Below, piece after piece: positions 10,033 through 19,568 of a stretch of DNA of 64,000 nt. The position numbers were made by a program, and so were the translations under genes. This DNA comes from an uncultured Muribaculaceae bacterium. Lineage in GTDB: Bacteria > Bacteroidota > Bacteroidia > Bacteroidales > Muribaculaceae. Position 1 is the stretch's first letter. Every line of letters begins with the position of its first letter. The stretch covers positions 32,871-96,870 of the forward strand of contig CAZLSW010000001.1 in assembly GCA_964562375.1 (NCBI GenBank). The letters run 5' to 3'. Below the pieces are notes generated by a model. It was not told where the DNA came from, searched no databases, and saw nothing but the letters and a program-made list of their open reading frames with translations.

Positions 10033-12513
10033 ATGATAAAGAAAATCCTCCTCTTATTATGTGCGGTCGTGCCCACGCTGGCGTCGGCCCAGGTGGCCAT
10101 GGGCTCATGGAAAATTCATCAGTCCTACATCCGTCCTAAAGCCTACGATACGGGAAATATATCTTCTAATCCGTTCTATGGTTACCAAATGCAGGAAACC
10201 CCTACTAAAGTGTACACTATTACTGAGACGGGTCGCACCCTTTTCTCCTATGACAAAGAAACCCAAGAGGTGTATAGCTATACACGTGCCAACTTATTGA
10301 ATGACAATTCAATAAATGGTATTTGGTACAACCAAAAGGAGAAATATTTATTGATTGCTTATGACAATGCCAATATTGACCTTTTGTACGAGGATGGCAA
10401 GGTCTACAATCTCCCTGATATCAAAAATGCGGTCATGACAATTACTAAAGGTATAAACGATGTGGCCTTTGGTGACAAACGCATCTACTTGGCTACCACT
10501 TTCGGTATTGTGGAGATTGACGATCAAAACCACTTTGTGGTGCAGTCGGGTAATTATAGCCAGAGTGTGGCATCGATTGCGTCGGTGGGAGATTACCTTG
10601 TAGCCACCAGTAACAACGTCTTGCGTTTTATTAAAAAGAGCGATAAGATAAATTCCTGGGACAATTTTACATCTCTAGGCAGTTTCTATGGCAACAACTT
10701 TATCGGTATTAGCGACACCAAGATGTTATGTCGTAGTACCTACGGAAGTGGCAATTACACCGCAAGATTGATGGATTTCGATTTTGACAATGCTACCTTC
10801 ACTTATAAATGGGTGATTGGTGCTGTTGATATTGACTATATTTACCCCATGTTTAACGGCAATTATTGGGTTAGACAAGCCAATTTCACCACCACTAGCT
10901 ACGAAATTACCCCGGAGGGCACATACACAACAATCACGCTTCCCGACGTATCCACTCAGTCCTACACTGTTACTTTTACTGTGCAGGGTGCCAAGAGTAT
11001 ATGGTACGGGACTAATGATGGCATTACCGAATATAATTGTAGTGGTGATTCTCCCGTAATAGCTACCAATACAATTCGTCCTAGTTATCTTAATAGCGTG
11101 AAGTCTACCCGATTGAAATTCGGCAACTCCAACGCTCTTTACATTGCCGGCCTCGGAGTATCCGCCTGGTGGAACGTCGCCTATTGGAATTATCAGGCCC
11201 TGTCGCGTATCCACGAGGATGGCACTATCGAGGATCTTAACTGCTACAAAACCCAGTCGCACAATCACAGCCACTGGGATCCGGCCCAAGCTTGCGGTAA
11301 TACCACCGATATTTGGGACGTTTACGACATGACCGAGGACCCTGAGGACCCTGATATTTACTACGTCAGCAACCGTTGGGACGGCATCTACAAAATTGGC
11401 AAAAACGCCAATGGCGAGTGGGAGTCGTTGATCAACTACTCCGTTGGCAACTCCAACTTCAAAGTCGTAGGCAACTGGGGTGTGCCTGTCGATGTTGTGG
11501 CTTTTGACAAAAACAACAACCTCTGGGCCGTTTTGTGCCAAAACGGCAGCAACAATCTCCACATGCTTCCCGCCGAAAAGCGCAAGCTTTCCACTGTCAG
11601 CGCTTCCGACTGGGTGACCATAGACATCCCTGGGATGAACGTCGACAACGACGGTTGTATCCTCATGTGCAAGCACTCCAACTTCATATTTATCACCGAC
11701 AGCTCCTGGAATGGCCGCTTGCTCGCTTACGACCACAAGGGCACTACCGACACCTCCGACGACGAGTTTTACCTCTGGGGCGATTTCCTTGACCAAGATG
11801 GTAAGACATTCACCAACAACTACTTGTATTGCGTAGCCGAGGACAATGACGGCAAGATTTGGATCGGCACTTATAGCGGCGTATTTGAGATTTCCAACCC
11901 CTCAGACGCCTTGAACCCCAACGCCTCTTTCACCCGCATCAAGGTACCTCGTAACGATGGTTCAGGATATGCCGACTACCTATGTGACAGCCAGGCTGTT
12001 ACCTCTATCGCTGTCGATGGAGCCAACCGCAAGTGGGTGGGTACCGAGACTTCTGGCCTCTATCTTGTGAGCCCCTCCGGCGATGAGATTTTGGAGAACT
12101 TTACCTCCGACAACTCCGACCTCCCCGACAACCTCATTTACTCCATCGCTTGCTCGCCATACAACAACTCAGTGTGGATCTCCACCAAGTATGGTTTGGC
12201 CGAGTATAGCTCCGATTCCTCACCCGCTGCCGACAACTTTAACGACGTTTACGCATATCCCAACCCTGTGCGCCCCGGCTACACCGGCTGGATCGTCATC
12301 AAGGGCTTGATGGATGGCTCACGCGTCAAGATTGCCGACGCCGCCGGTAACGTATTCCTCGACACCACCAGCACTGGCGGCATGGTCGCCTGGGACGGCT
12401 GCAACGCCTCCGGGCAACGCGTCCGCACTGGTGTTTACTACGTCTTCGCATCGGTTTCGGGTGAAGGTGTCTCCACTGAAGGCGCTGTTACCAAAATCTT
12501 GGTAGTCAACTAA
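10033..12513 (+). CDS. Beta-propeller surface protein with T9SS C-terminal sorting domain (PorZ-like)
   Basis: Signal peptide, repeated propeller-like segments (WIGTYSGVFEI, WVGTETSGLYLV, VWISTKYGLAEY) and a C-terminal VYAYPNPV...YYVFASV...KILVVN tail typical of T9SS CTDs. Confidence 0.6.
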   Translation: MIKKILLLLCAVVPTLASAQVAMGSWKIHQSYIRPKAYDTGNISSNPFYGYQMQETPTKVYTITETGRTLFSYDKETQEVYSYTRANLLNDNSINGIWYNQKEKYLLIAYDNANIDLLYEDGKVYNLPDIKNAVMTITKGINDVAFGDKRIYLATTFGIVEIDDQNHFVVQSGNYSQSVASIASVGDYLVATSNNVLRFIKKSDKINSWDNFTSLGSFYGNNFIGISDTKMLCRSTYGSGNYTARLMDFDFDNATFTYKWVIGAVDIDYIYPMFNGNYWVRQANFTTTSYEITPEGTYTTITLPDVSTQSYTVTFTVQGAKSIWYGTNDGITEYNCSGDSPVIATNTIRPSYLNSVKSTRLKFGNSNALYIAGLGVSAWWNVAYWNYQALSRIHEDGTIEDLNCYKTQSHNHSHWDPAQACGNTTDIWDVYDMTEDPEDPDIYYVSNRWDGIYKIGKNANGEWESLINYSVGNSNFKVVGNWGVPVDVVAFDKNNNLWAVLCQNGSNNLHMLPAEKRKLSTVSASDWVTIDIPGMNVDNDGCILMCKHSNFIFITDSSWNGRLLAYDHKGTTDTSDDEFYLWGDFLDQDGKTFTNNYLYCVAEDNDGKIWIGTYSGVFEISNPSDALNPNASFTRIKVPRNDGSGYADYLCDSQAVTSIAVDGANRKWVGTETSGLYLVSPSGDEILENFTSDNSDLPDNLIYSIACSPYNNSVWISTKYGLAEYSSDSSPAADNFNDVYAYPNPVRPGYTGWIVIKGLMDGSRVKIADAAGNVFLDTTSTGGMVAWDGCNASGQRVRTGVYYVFASVSGEGVSTEGAVTKILVVN

Positions 12514-12515
12514 TC

Positions 12516-13043
12516 ATGAAGCCCGACCTGAAATACAGCGACGACACTGACAAAGCCTACGGACTCGCCGGCATGGCCATCGCAATGGTGGCCATGGACG
12601 GCGAGCGCCTGTTGGAAAGCATGTCGTTGGACGCACAACCCGGCGAATCGGTGAGATTCACCCCCGATTTCTATTTCTCGGGCAATCCTCGCTTGTCGGC
12701 CCGAATCGCCTGGTATGAGATTTTAAAGCACTTTCAGCTCTCTACCGGCATGATTATCGGCAACGTCATGTGCCGTTCCTACGTGGGTAAACGCACCTCG
12801 GTTGCCGACAACGTTAGGCAAGGGCTATACGAATGTGTGGCCCAGGAAGGACACGACTCCTGTTCCCTCGATGACGACGAAATCCAGCAACTCTTTTCCA
12901 AAAGTTATAACGAAATGCACCGCATGTTTATCCACTCTGGTGTGCAGGCGGTCGCCAGGGAATTTGCTACCACCATTGAGCGGGTGCGTGAAATGTCGCG
13001 TGGCGATGTCATCGACCAGCTCCGAATGCTATCGATGTTGTAG
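12516..13043 (+). CDS. Hypothetical protein, probably co-transcribed with the PorZ-like gene
   Basis: 175-aa ORF with host-like codon usage that starts 3 nt after the upstream stop. No family recognised. Confidence 0.5.
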   Translation: MKPDLKYSDDTDKAYGLAGMAIAMVAMDGERLLESMSLDAQPGESVRFTPDFYFSGNPRLSARIAWYEILKHFQLSTGMIIGNVMCRSYVGKRTSVADNVRQGLYECVAQEGHDSCSLDDDEIQQLFSKSYNEMHRMFIHSGVQAVAREFATTIERVREMSRGDVIDQLRMLSML

Positions 13044-13183
13044 TGGTTAATGGTTAATGGTTAGTGGTTAGTGATTAGTGATTAAGTATGATAGTAAATA
13101 AGCTGAAAAGCCATTAAAAAATCAACTAACAACTAACAACTAACAACTAACAACTAACAACTAACAACTAACAACTAACAACT
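13041..13183. repeat. Two opposed heptamer arrays between convergent genes: (GGTTAAT/GGTTAGT/GATTAGT) and (AACTAAC)x8
   Basis: 13041-13086 carries GTTAATG/GTTAGTG-type units. 13123-13183 carries about 8.5 copies of AACTAAC. The arrays are partly complementary and the right one runs into the last codons of the WbqC-like ORF. Confidence 0.85.
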
Positions 13184-13790
13184 GCGCAAGATAGATCTGT
13201 GCCTCAGGGCCAAGGTTAAAGATAAGATCCAGGATAGAGAGCCCGGGAATAAACCCGAGGCTCTCTTGTCGTATTTGGTGGTAAGGGAGAGCCTCGCGAT
13301 CGGAGGCTTCGTGATCGGGTCGATTTAAGTCGATATTATCCGAGGCTTCTGAATTAATTCTCTGAGAGATCGTATCGAGGTCGAGAATGGCTGCCACGGC
13401 GTTTGCGGCGGCTTCTGAGAGCCTCGCTACCGTCGGGTAGATGTCGGGTGTGTCCCGACTGAAAAAGGGCGTCAGACGCGAAATATAGAACTCAAAGTAG
13501 GGAGTGCGCCCGTAAGCCGATTCCAGGGCAGTCATATGTTTGTCCCACCACTCTCCATGTCGCGAGATGCGCACGTCGTCCCAAGTGGGGCAAGTGGAGA
13601 AGTCGGGCTTCTCGATGGGCACCGTCAAGGCGATTTTACCGCGTGTATCGGCTATTTCAAAGCGATGGGTACCCTTGTTTCGCTTGTCGTAGCGCAACGC
13701 TTTATCGATCGTCCAGGAGCCATGAGAGGCCGCCTGGGCAAAATAGTAAGGCCCGGGAAAGAGTAGGGGAGGCAGGGTGATGCTCGCCAT
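13161..13790 (-). CDS. WbqC family protein
   Basis: Resembles the WbqC layout (…YFAQAASH…YDKRNKGTHRFEI…LTVPIEKP…ISRHGEWWDKHMTALESAYGRTPYFEFY). Start at MASITLPP (ATG 13790), abutting the lepB stop. Confidence 0.65.
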   Translation of the reverse strand: MASITLPPLLFPGPYYFAQAASHGSWTIDKALRYDKRNKGTHRFEIADTRGKIALTVPIEKPDFSTCPTWDDVRISRHGEWWDKHMTALESAYGRTPYFEFYISRLTPFFSRDTPDIYPTVARLSEAAANAVAAILDLDTISQRINSEASDNIDLNRPDHEASDREALPYHQIRQESLGFIPGLSILDLIFNLGPEAQIYLAQLLVVSC

Positions 13791-13791
13791 T

Positions 13792-15252
13792 TTAGTTCTT
13801 GTCGGGATTGGCATCCTTGAGGATACGATTCCAGCGGATGCCGCCGTCCAGGATGCCGTGATCCTTGTCAAAGGAGATAAGGACGCGCCACGGGGTACCC
13901 ACGACGTGGTCTTCAGGAACGAATCCCCAATAGCGCGAGTCGAGCGAGTTGTCGCGGTTGTCGCCCATCATGAAATAGTAGTCCATTCGGAACTGGTAGT
14001 GGGTCTGCGGCTCGCCGTTGATATACACGGTGTTACCCTCAAGATGGGCATCAGGGTTGTTCTCGTAGACGCGTATGCAACGCTCATAGATTGGCCAGGA
14101 TACAGAATCAAGCTTCAGTTTCACCCCTTTTTTGGGTATCCACAGGCCGTTGCTGCCGCCGTAATTGGAGCGAGTCCAGTTGGCCGACTGGCTCTCGGGG
14201 AACAGGAATTCACCCACGGGCGACGGCATTTGGAACACGAGATTGATCTGATGGTCGTTTTCGAGCGATTTTACCATCTGTTGCGTCAAGGGAAGCAAGT
14301 AGATTGGATTCATCACTCCCGTGCGTCCTACGGTGAAGCCAAGGCTCTCCATGGCCTCGTAATCCGATTCTTGGGGACGGTACCAAGCTCGGGTGTAATC
14401 GTCTCTGCTCACACCAAGTTCCTCCCAATACTCCTCCGTGAGCGGCTGACCGTTGGTTTGGACAAAGTAATTGAACTGGGCACTCTCGGGCATCGCCTGG
14501 GCCTCCCCGTTGATGTGGATTACGCCGTCGACGATGGAGATACGCTCGCCGGGTAGACCCACGCAACGCTTCACATAGTTCTCGCGACGGTCGACGGGGC
14601 GGTATATCACCTCGCCGAGTTCATCGGAATGGAGGGCGAGATTCTCCCGGCCGTACATCTTCACCAGCGTGTAATAATCAGGGTTGGATACCTTGGAGAA
14701 TACGGTGTCGCCAGCGGGGAAGTTGAACACCACAATGTCGCCCGACTCCACCGAGCGCTGCCCTTTCAAGCGGTGATAACCGGTGGACGGCGAGTCGAGG
14801 TAGCTTTTGCAGTTAAGGATAGGCAACGTGTTGTGTACCAATGGGAAATGAACGATCGTCATTGGCACGCGGGGTCCGTATACCGTCTTGTTGACGAATA
14901 GGAAGTCGCCTGTGAGCAACGTTTTCTCCAGCGATGAGGAGGGTATTTGATAGTTTTGGCCCAGAAAAGCGAACACAAAATACACCAGAATCAAAGCGTA
15001 GACGATGGCGTCGACCCAGCTCATAAGAGTTTTAACGGCCTTGTTTTTCGACTTTTTCCACCATGTGAAAGGGATGTAACCCGTGATGTAAATGTCGAAA
15101 AGCAAGAACAGGCCCAGAGCGAGCCAGGGATTGCCCATCCATATCACCCACAGGATGAAAATCACGGCAACCAGGGAGAAGCGCACCCATCGGGTGGCTT
15201 TGATTCCCGACGTGCGTGCTTTGAGCGAGGCTTTGATGCGGTCAGTGTTCAT
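13792..15252 (-). CDS. lepB: Signal peptidase I
   Basis: 486 aa with an N-terminal TM region, a catalytic Ser region IPSSSLEKTL and the GDNRDNSLDSRYWGFVP box. Confidence 0.92.
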   Translation of the reverse strand: MNTDRIKASLKARTSGIKATRWVRFSLVAVIFILWVIWMGNPWLALGLFLLFDIYITGYIPFTWWKKSKNKAVKTLMSWVDAIVYALILVYFVFAFLGQNYQIPSSSLEKTLLTGDFLFVNKTVYGPRVPMTIVHFPLVHNTLPILNCKSYLDSPSTGYHRLKGQRSVESGDIVVFNFPAGDTVFSKVSNPDYYTLVKMYGRENLALHSDELGEVIYRPVDRRENYVKRCVGLPGERISIVDGVIHINGEAQAMPESAQFNYFVQTNGQPLTEEYWEELGVSRDDYTRAWYRPQESDYEAMESLGFTVGRTGVMNPIYLLPLTQQMVKSLENDHQINLVFQMPSPVGEFLFPESQSANWTRSNYGGSNGLWIPKKGVKLKLDSVSWPIYERCIRVYENNPDAHLEGNTVYINGEPQTHYQFRMDYYFMMGDNRDNSLDSRYWGFVPEDHVVGTPWRVLISFDKDHGILDGGIRWNRILKDANPDKN

Positions 15253-15267
15253 TTTATGGAGATGGGG

Positions 15268-16002
15268 CTATTTTGACAAGATTTCGGAAAGCATATCTTG
15301 GACATCGTAGAATCCCTTGCGGCCTTGGAGCCACTCGGCGGCCATCACGGCGCCCAGAGCGAAACCGTCGCGCGACTTGGCCCGGTGCTCGATGGTGATG
15401 GTGTCCACAGGGCTATCCCAGGCGATGATATGGGTCCCGGGAACCTCCCCCTCGCGCTCGTGGGCTATGCCCAGGTGAGGTGCGGTTTGATCGGGGAGTT
15501 CGTTCCAGTCCTTATAGCGTGAATTGTTGGCTAAAATGCCTTCAGCCAAGGTAATAGCCGTGCCACTGGGATGGTCGAGCTTGTGGATGTGATGTATCTC
15601 CTTCATTGAGGCGTTGTACTGGTCGAAATGGTCCATGAGCTTGGCCAACTCGGCGTTAACCTTGAAGAACAGGTTGACACCGATGCTGTAATTGGAGCTC
15701 CACATAAAGCCCACGCCCTTGTCCTTGGCCAATTCTTTAGCTTCAGGCAGGGCGTCGGCCCAACCCGTTGACCCTGAGACTGTGGGGATGCCGCGGGAAA
15801 TCGCTTTGCGGCAATTGTCGGCCGCAGTGTGCGGTGTCGAGAATTCGATGATGGCATCCGAGGAGAGTAGGGCAGGCGAGTCCCAGTCCTGGGGATTGTC
15901 AACGTCAATCACACACGCTATTTCGTGGCCGCGCTCACGAGCGATGCGCTCAATCGCGTGGCCCATTTTTCCGTAACCTACGATGGAGATTTTCATTTTC
16001 AT
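15268..16002 (-). CDS. dapB: 4-hydroxy-tetrahydrodipicolinate reductase
   Basis: IVGYGKMGH NAD(P) fold and EIHHIHKLDHPSGTA motif. Start at MKMKISIV (ATG 16002, alternative 15996); the ORF is open to 16059. Confidence 0.92.
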   Translation of the reverse strand: MKMKISIVGYGKMGHAIERIARERGHEIACVIDVDNPQDWDSPALLSSDAIIEFSTPHTAADNCRKAISRGIPTVSGSTGWADALPEAKELAKDKGVGFMWSSNYSIGVNLFFKVNAELAKLMDHFDQYNASMKEIHHIHKLDHPSGTAITLAEGILANNSRYKDWNELPDQTAPHLGIAHEREGEVPGTHIIAWDSPVDTITIEHRAKSRDGFALGAVMAAEWLQGRKGFYDVQDMLSEILSK

Positions 16003-16081
16003 CAATTTATTAGACGCGAAGGTACAAAAAAAGTTGCAATCCTTTGGTGAAAATGACATATACCACGGCTCACCTCAACGG

Positions 16082-16089
16082 TAACTTTG
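16082..16089 (+). promoter_or_regulatory. Bacteroidetes-type -7 promoter box TAACTTTG
   Basis: Exact match to TAnnTTTG 14 nt upstream of the ATG at 16103. No clear -33 TTTG at standard spacing. Confidence 0.4.
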
Positions 16090-16102
16090 CGGAAAAAACT
16101 TT

Positions 16103-16648
16103 ATGGTAATCTCAATTTCACAATCTGAAATGCTGGTTCTGTGGCGCCAACTGCGCTATAATGAGCCTATTAGAAACGACGCCGCGGTAACCCGTGTGGA
16201 TGGTGTCGACCGCGACCGTCTCCACCAAGTGGAAATGCGCAACTGGTACCTCAATCTCCTGGCTACTGGTCATTTACGCTACCTGAAAATTAGCGATATC
16301 GCCACCCAGGTCGCCGTAACCGACATGGGCGACGGCACGGGTAGAGTGCTGTTGCCTGAGAAGTGTGTACGTCCACTGTGTGTTACCTTGGACGGCTGGG
16401 ATCGCTGCGCTCGGGTGGTGGAGCCCGATTCCCTAGAGGCTGAGATGCAGCTCAATGAATTCAGCCGGGGTAGAACGGTTGAGCCGGTGGCCGTGCATTA
16501 TCCGGGTCAACTGAGGCTATACTCCCTGGTCGATGGAGTAACGCCCAAGATCACATCCCTGCGCTGCGTCATGGAGCCCTCCGACGGCGTCTACGAGCTC
16601 GACGACAGCGCCCTATTAACCATTAACCCTTTAACCATTAACCATTAA
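16103..16648 (+). CDS. Hypothetical protein, first gene of the portal-like cluster
   Basis: 181-aa ORF ending 5 nt before the portal-like gene. The last codons are encoded by a (TTAACCA)n repeat. No family recognised. Confidence 0.5.
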   Translation: MVISISQSEMLVLWRQLRYNEPIRNDAAVTRVDGVDRDRLHQVEMRNWYLNLLATGHLRYLKISDIATQVAVTDMGDGTGRVLLPEKCVRPLCVTLDGWDRCARVVEPDSLEAEMQLNEFSRGRTVEPVAVHYPGQLRLYSLVDGVTPKITSLRCVMEPSDGVYELDDSALLTINPLTINH

Positions 16649-16652
16649 ACAA

Positions 16653-18032
16653 ATGGAAACCACTGAAAAAATTATCTCCCTTGAGGTCCTCGCCGCCTCC
16701 CGACGTGCCTGGAACCGCATGGCCAACATCCGCCAAAACCGCTCCCGTTTCAAGGATTTCACCTACGGCAAACAATGGGGCGACAAAGAGAAAACACCTG
16801 AGGGTATCACCCTCACCGAAGAGCAACTCACTATCAATCAAGGTGCTCGTCCCCAAACCAACAACCTCATCCGTCAGATGGTGAAGACCATCATTGGTCG
16901 ATATCGCCAGCAACAGGCCGAGCGACAAATCCAGCACGGCCTCAAGGGCCTTTATCGCCGAAATATGCTCCCCGAACTCGATTCCCGGCTCCTCGAGGAA
17001 TTCCTAATCTCGGGTTGCGCTATCCAACGTATAAGCACCGAAACCACCATGAAAGGCCGCGGCCCATGGGTGGAGAACGTAAATCCCAACACATTCTTTG
17101 TCAACGACTTCCGCGATCCTCGCGGCTGGGACGTGGAGCTTCTTGGCATGGTGCATGATTGGAGCCTACGTGAGGTGATCATGCGCTTCGGCCACGGCGA
17201 CCCCGACCGTATAGAGCGCCTTCGCGAGGTATACAGCATTGTCCGAGGAGAGTCGTTCCTCAATGGCGATTTTCTTGGCGGTCCTACCGACCGCTGCCGG
17301 GTAATCGAGGCTTGGACCCTTGAGAGTCATGGACTTATCGAAGTCCACGACCCCGTGAGAGGCGTCTATGAGGTGTTGGACGCCGCCTGCATCGATGATG
17401 TCAACGCTCAAAACGGCCAGCGACGCCGTAAAGGTATCCCCGAGCGTCGCGTGCGCCAGTGCATATCCACATTCTGGCGTTGCCGTTACATGTCGCCCAC
17501 AGGCGAGTTATTGCACAGTTATATCGCTGAGCAGCACCCATTTGTATTCAAGTTTTACCCCCTCACCGACGGCGAGGTACATTCCTTTGTCGAGGATATT
17601 ATCCATCAGCAAAAGCACGTCAACCGCATCATCACAATGGTCGATCAAGTGATGCGCACTTCAGCCAAGGGCGCTCTCCTTTATCCCGTGCAGTGCCTCA
17701 CAAAGGGTACCTCAATCAAGGACATTTCTAAGGTGTGGAGCGCACCCGACGCCGTCATTCCCTACAACGCTTCCAGCCTCGGCGAACCCCACCAGATCAC
17801 GACCTCCTCCGGCGACATTGGAGCCTACAACCTTTTGAATCTCGAGCTCCAACTCTTGCAGGATGTCTCTGGCGTTGGCGACGCCCTGTTGGGCAAAAAT
17901 ATCTCGGCCGCCAAGGGCGAAGGGGTATACGAGGCTCAGGTGAGAAACGCCACAATCGCCATCTCCGACCTTCTCGAAACATTCCAATCTCTCGTTGAAC
18001 AACGTGATCAAAAGTTGTTAAAATTGCAATAA
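16653..18032 (+). CDS. Phage portal-like protein
   Basis: The N-terminal RQNRSRFKDFTYGKQWGD...TEEQL...QGARPQTNNLI resembles the Y-x-G-x-QW opening of portal proteins. The C-terminal LELQLLQDVSGVGDALLGKN...AQVRNATIA resembles the portal stem and helix region. Recognition is by eye only. Confidence 0.5.
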   Translation: METTEKIISLEVLAASRRAWNRMANIRQNRSRFKDFTYGKQWGDKEKTPEGITLTEEQLTINQGARPQTNNLIRQMVKTIIGRYRQQQAERQIQHGLKGLYRRNMLPELDSRLLEEFLISGCAIQRISTETTMKGRGPWVENVNPNTFFVNDFRDPRGWDVELLGMVHDWSLREVIMRFGHGDPDRIERLREVYSIVRGESFLNGDFLGGPTDRCRVIEAWTLESHGLIEVHDPVRGVYEVLDAACIDDVNAQNGQRRRKGIPERRVRQCISTFWRCRYMSPTGELLHSYIAEQHPFVFKFYPLTDGEVHSFVEDIIHQQKHVNRIITMVDQVMRTSAKGALLYPVQCLTKGTSIKDISKVWSAPDAVIPYNASSLGEPHQITTSSGDIGAYNLLNLELQLLQDVSGVGDALLGKNISAAKGEGVYEAQVRNATIAISDLLETFQSLVEQRDQKLLKLQ

Positions 18033-18081
18033 TAGCAAAAATAATTGTAAGCTGTGCAATGAAATTGCCCATGCCGACTTG

Positions 18082-18089
18082 TAAATTTG
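18082..18089 (+). promoter_or_regulatory. Bacteroidetes-type -7 promoter box TAAATTTG
   Basis: Exact TAnnTTTG 31 nt upstream of the ATG at 18120. It overlaps the TTG that opens the ORF-track ORF at 18087, arguing for the later start. Confidence 0.45.
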
Positions 18090-18119
18090 TCAAAAATTCT
18101 AAGATATACATCTAAAACT

Positions 18120-18566
18120 ATGACAACTCGAAACACACAATCAATCTTGCGTCAGCGACGCGATCGCCACTTGGTTTTGGCGATCCGTCGCGTGATTCAG
18201 GAGGCTCACCACCGCGGCGAAATGCCCCTGATGAGCGAGGTCGCCGCAAGGGCCGTTAAGCAAGCCGCCCCCGGCTATTACGTGGAATATTCCACAGCTC
18301 AGCAGATGATGTACCGCAGCGTCGACCACTCACGGCTGTCGCCCCTCCATCAGGTAATGTGGCAAGAGATACGGCAAAAAGCCCAAGGGCGTATCGACAA
18401 TGGTCAAGCACCATCCATGGCTCGCGCCGTCGAAGAGGTCCTGCTTTTGGAGCCTGCCTCCCGTTACTTCATTACCCCCCAGCACGCCCAGCGCATCTAC
18501 CAGCGCCACCGCCACCGCAGGAAGGAAGGCGGTTCGACCTCCTCCCTCCAATATTCCTCTCGTTAG
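18120..18566 (+). CDS. Hypothetical basic protein in the portal-like cluster
   Basis: 148 aa from the ATG at 18120, Arg/His-rich, with its own -7 box. No family recognised. Confidence 0.45.
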   Translation: MTTRNTQSILRQRRDRHLVLAIRRVIQEAHHRGEMPLMSEVAARAVKQAAPGYYVEYSTAQQMMYRSVDHSRLSPLHQVMWQEIRQKAQGRIDNGQAPSMARAVEEVLLLEPASRYFITPQHAQRIYQRHRHRRKEGGSTSSLQYSSR

Positions 18567-18715
18567 TTCAACTTTCTCAAGTGTTGAAACCACGAATTAA
18601 CACTAATGAACACCAACAAATTAACAGGGTTTCTAATAAATTTTAGAGAGCTAACGCTCTTTAATTAACACTAATGCAGATAGCGTTGCGTTATGGAAAT
18701 TCGTGTTGATACTTC
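18560..18715 (+). repeat. AT-rich 3'-flank repeat element, copy B
   Basis: Shares TAGTTCAA.TTT..CAAGT...GAAACCAC.AATTAACACTAAT with copy A in direct orientation. The sub-block CACTAATG..GATAGCGTT.C.TTATGGAAATTCGTGTT is inverted relative to copy A. Confidence 0.7.
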
Positions 18716-18762
18716 TCCCAGCCCGGTCACGTCCCCTCCTTAATCCTTAATCCTTTATTTAT

Positions 18763-19164
18763 ATGACAGTTATCTCTTTATCCACTGTGGAAAAAACCAT
18801 CTACGCCCTGGCTGCATTGCGCAGCCACTACTCCCGCCGTCGTTCCGAGACGGTGCCCCTGTTGACCCGCGACCACGGGCCGGCCCTCCGACTGCTGGCC
18901 GTCGACGCTGTGGCCGACATCGCCCAGCGCATCGGCATCGAAGCCACCTACGACGGCGACGACCAGGTGACACTCCAGCTCGACTCTGACGACCTCACCG
19001 TTGTCCGGCTTATCCACCATGCCGCGGCTATGCTCACCCTCTCCACGGCCAATGTGGGCTACGACCCGGAGGCCGTCGACGACTACGCCGACAAGGCTGA
19101 GGGACTCATCGCCCAGCTTCCCCAGCCTAGCCTCACCATAGAGCGCAAGCTCCCCTACATGTAA
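18763..19164 (+). CDS. Hypothetical small helical protein (size and position compatible with a head-tail connector or adaptor)
   Basis: 133-aa ORF with an ATG start, followed by a perfect 18-bp hairpin. The functional guess rests only on context and size. Confidence 0.4.
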   Translation: MTVISLSTVEKTIYALAALRSHYSRRRSETVPLLTRDHGPALRLLAVDAVADIAQRIGIEATYDGDDQVTLQLDSDDLTVVRLIHHAAAMLTLSTANVGYDPEAVDDYADKAEGLIAQLPQPSLTIERKLPYM

Positions 19165-19166
19165 GA

Positions 19167-19208
19167 AAATCGTAATAACGTTATCACTCAATAACGTTAT
19201 TACGATTT
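19167..19208 (+). terminator. Perfect 18-bp stem-loop closing the portal-like cluster
   Basis: AAATCGTAATAACGTTAT / ATAACGTTATTACGATTT with a 6-nt loop, starting 3 nt after the stop at 19164. Confidence 0.6.
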
Positions 19209-19465
19209 CGTAATCAAATGATTACAATGGTTATTCACAAGGCGAGGGCAGTTATTATGCCAGCCAGAAGCGCCAGGCGCGCCAAGCGGGATATCCACCG
19301 AATGTGGCGGTCGCGGCGAGCGAAGCTGTCTTTGATATCGGTTACAATCGGTAGCATAGTTGTGTAAGCAAAGAAAGGGTTAATAAACTAAGTGAACATC
19401 ATTTTCCTTTATAACAATCAACTATGCCTTTTTGGCTCGCCAAAACCGCAAAAAAAGCGTTAAAG

Positions 19466-19566
19466 CAGGAGGTCCCGCCGTGTCGGCGGGACAGTTAGAC
19501 AAGAAGTCCCGCCGTGTCGGTGGGACAATAATTCTCTCGGGCCGACACGGCCCGACATCCTACTTG
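19466..19566. repeat. REP-like palindrome cluster (3 copies) downstream of asnS
   Basis: GTCCCGCCGTGTCGGCGGGAC, GTCCCGCCGTGTCGGTGGGAC and the inverted GGGCCGACACGGCCCGAC, with AGGA(A/G)GT / ACAG flanks. Confidence 0.9.
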
Positions 19567-19568
19567 CT

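Noticed and set aside
16103-19208. An intact or recently decayed prophage, at this locus or at 53.5-55.4 kb.
   Set aside because: There is no integrase, terminase, tail, lysis or repressor gene and no att-like direct repeats. The composition and promoter or leader features match the host, and the two loci are separated by 35 kb of core genes. I therefore report it as a possible domesticated module rather than a prophage.
19238-19357. A 39-aa minus-strand ORF (MLPIVTDIKDSFARRDRHIRWISRLARLALLAGIITALAL) downstream of the portal-like cluster.
   Set aside because: It is too short, has no supporting promoter or homology evidence that I can see, and could be chance.
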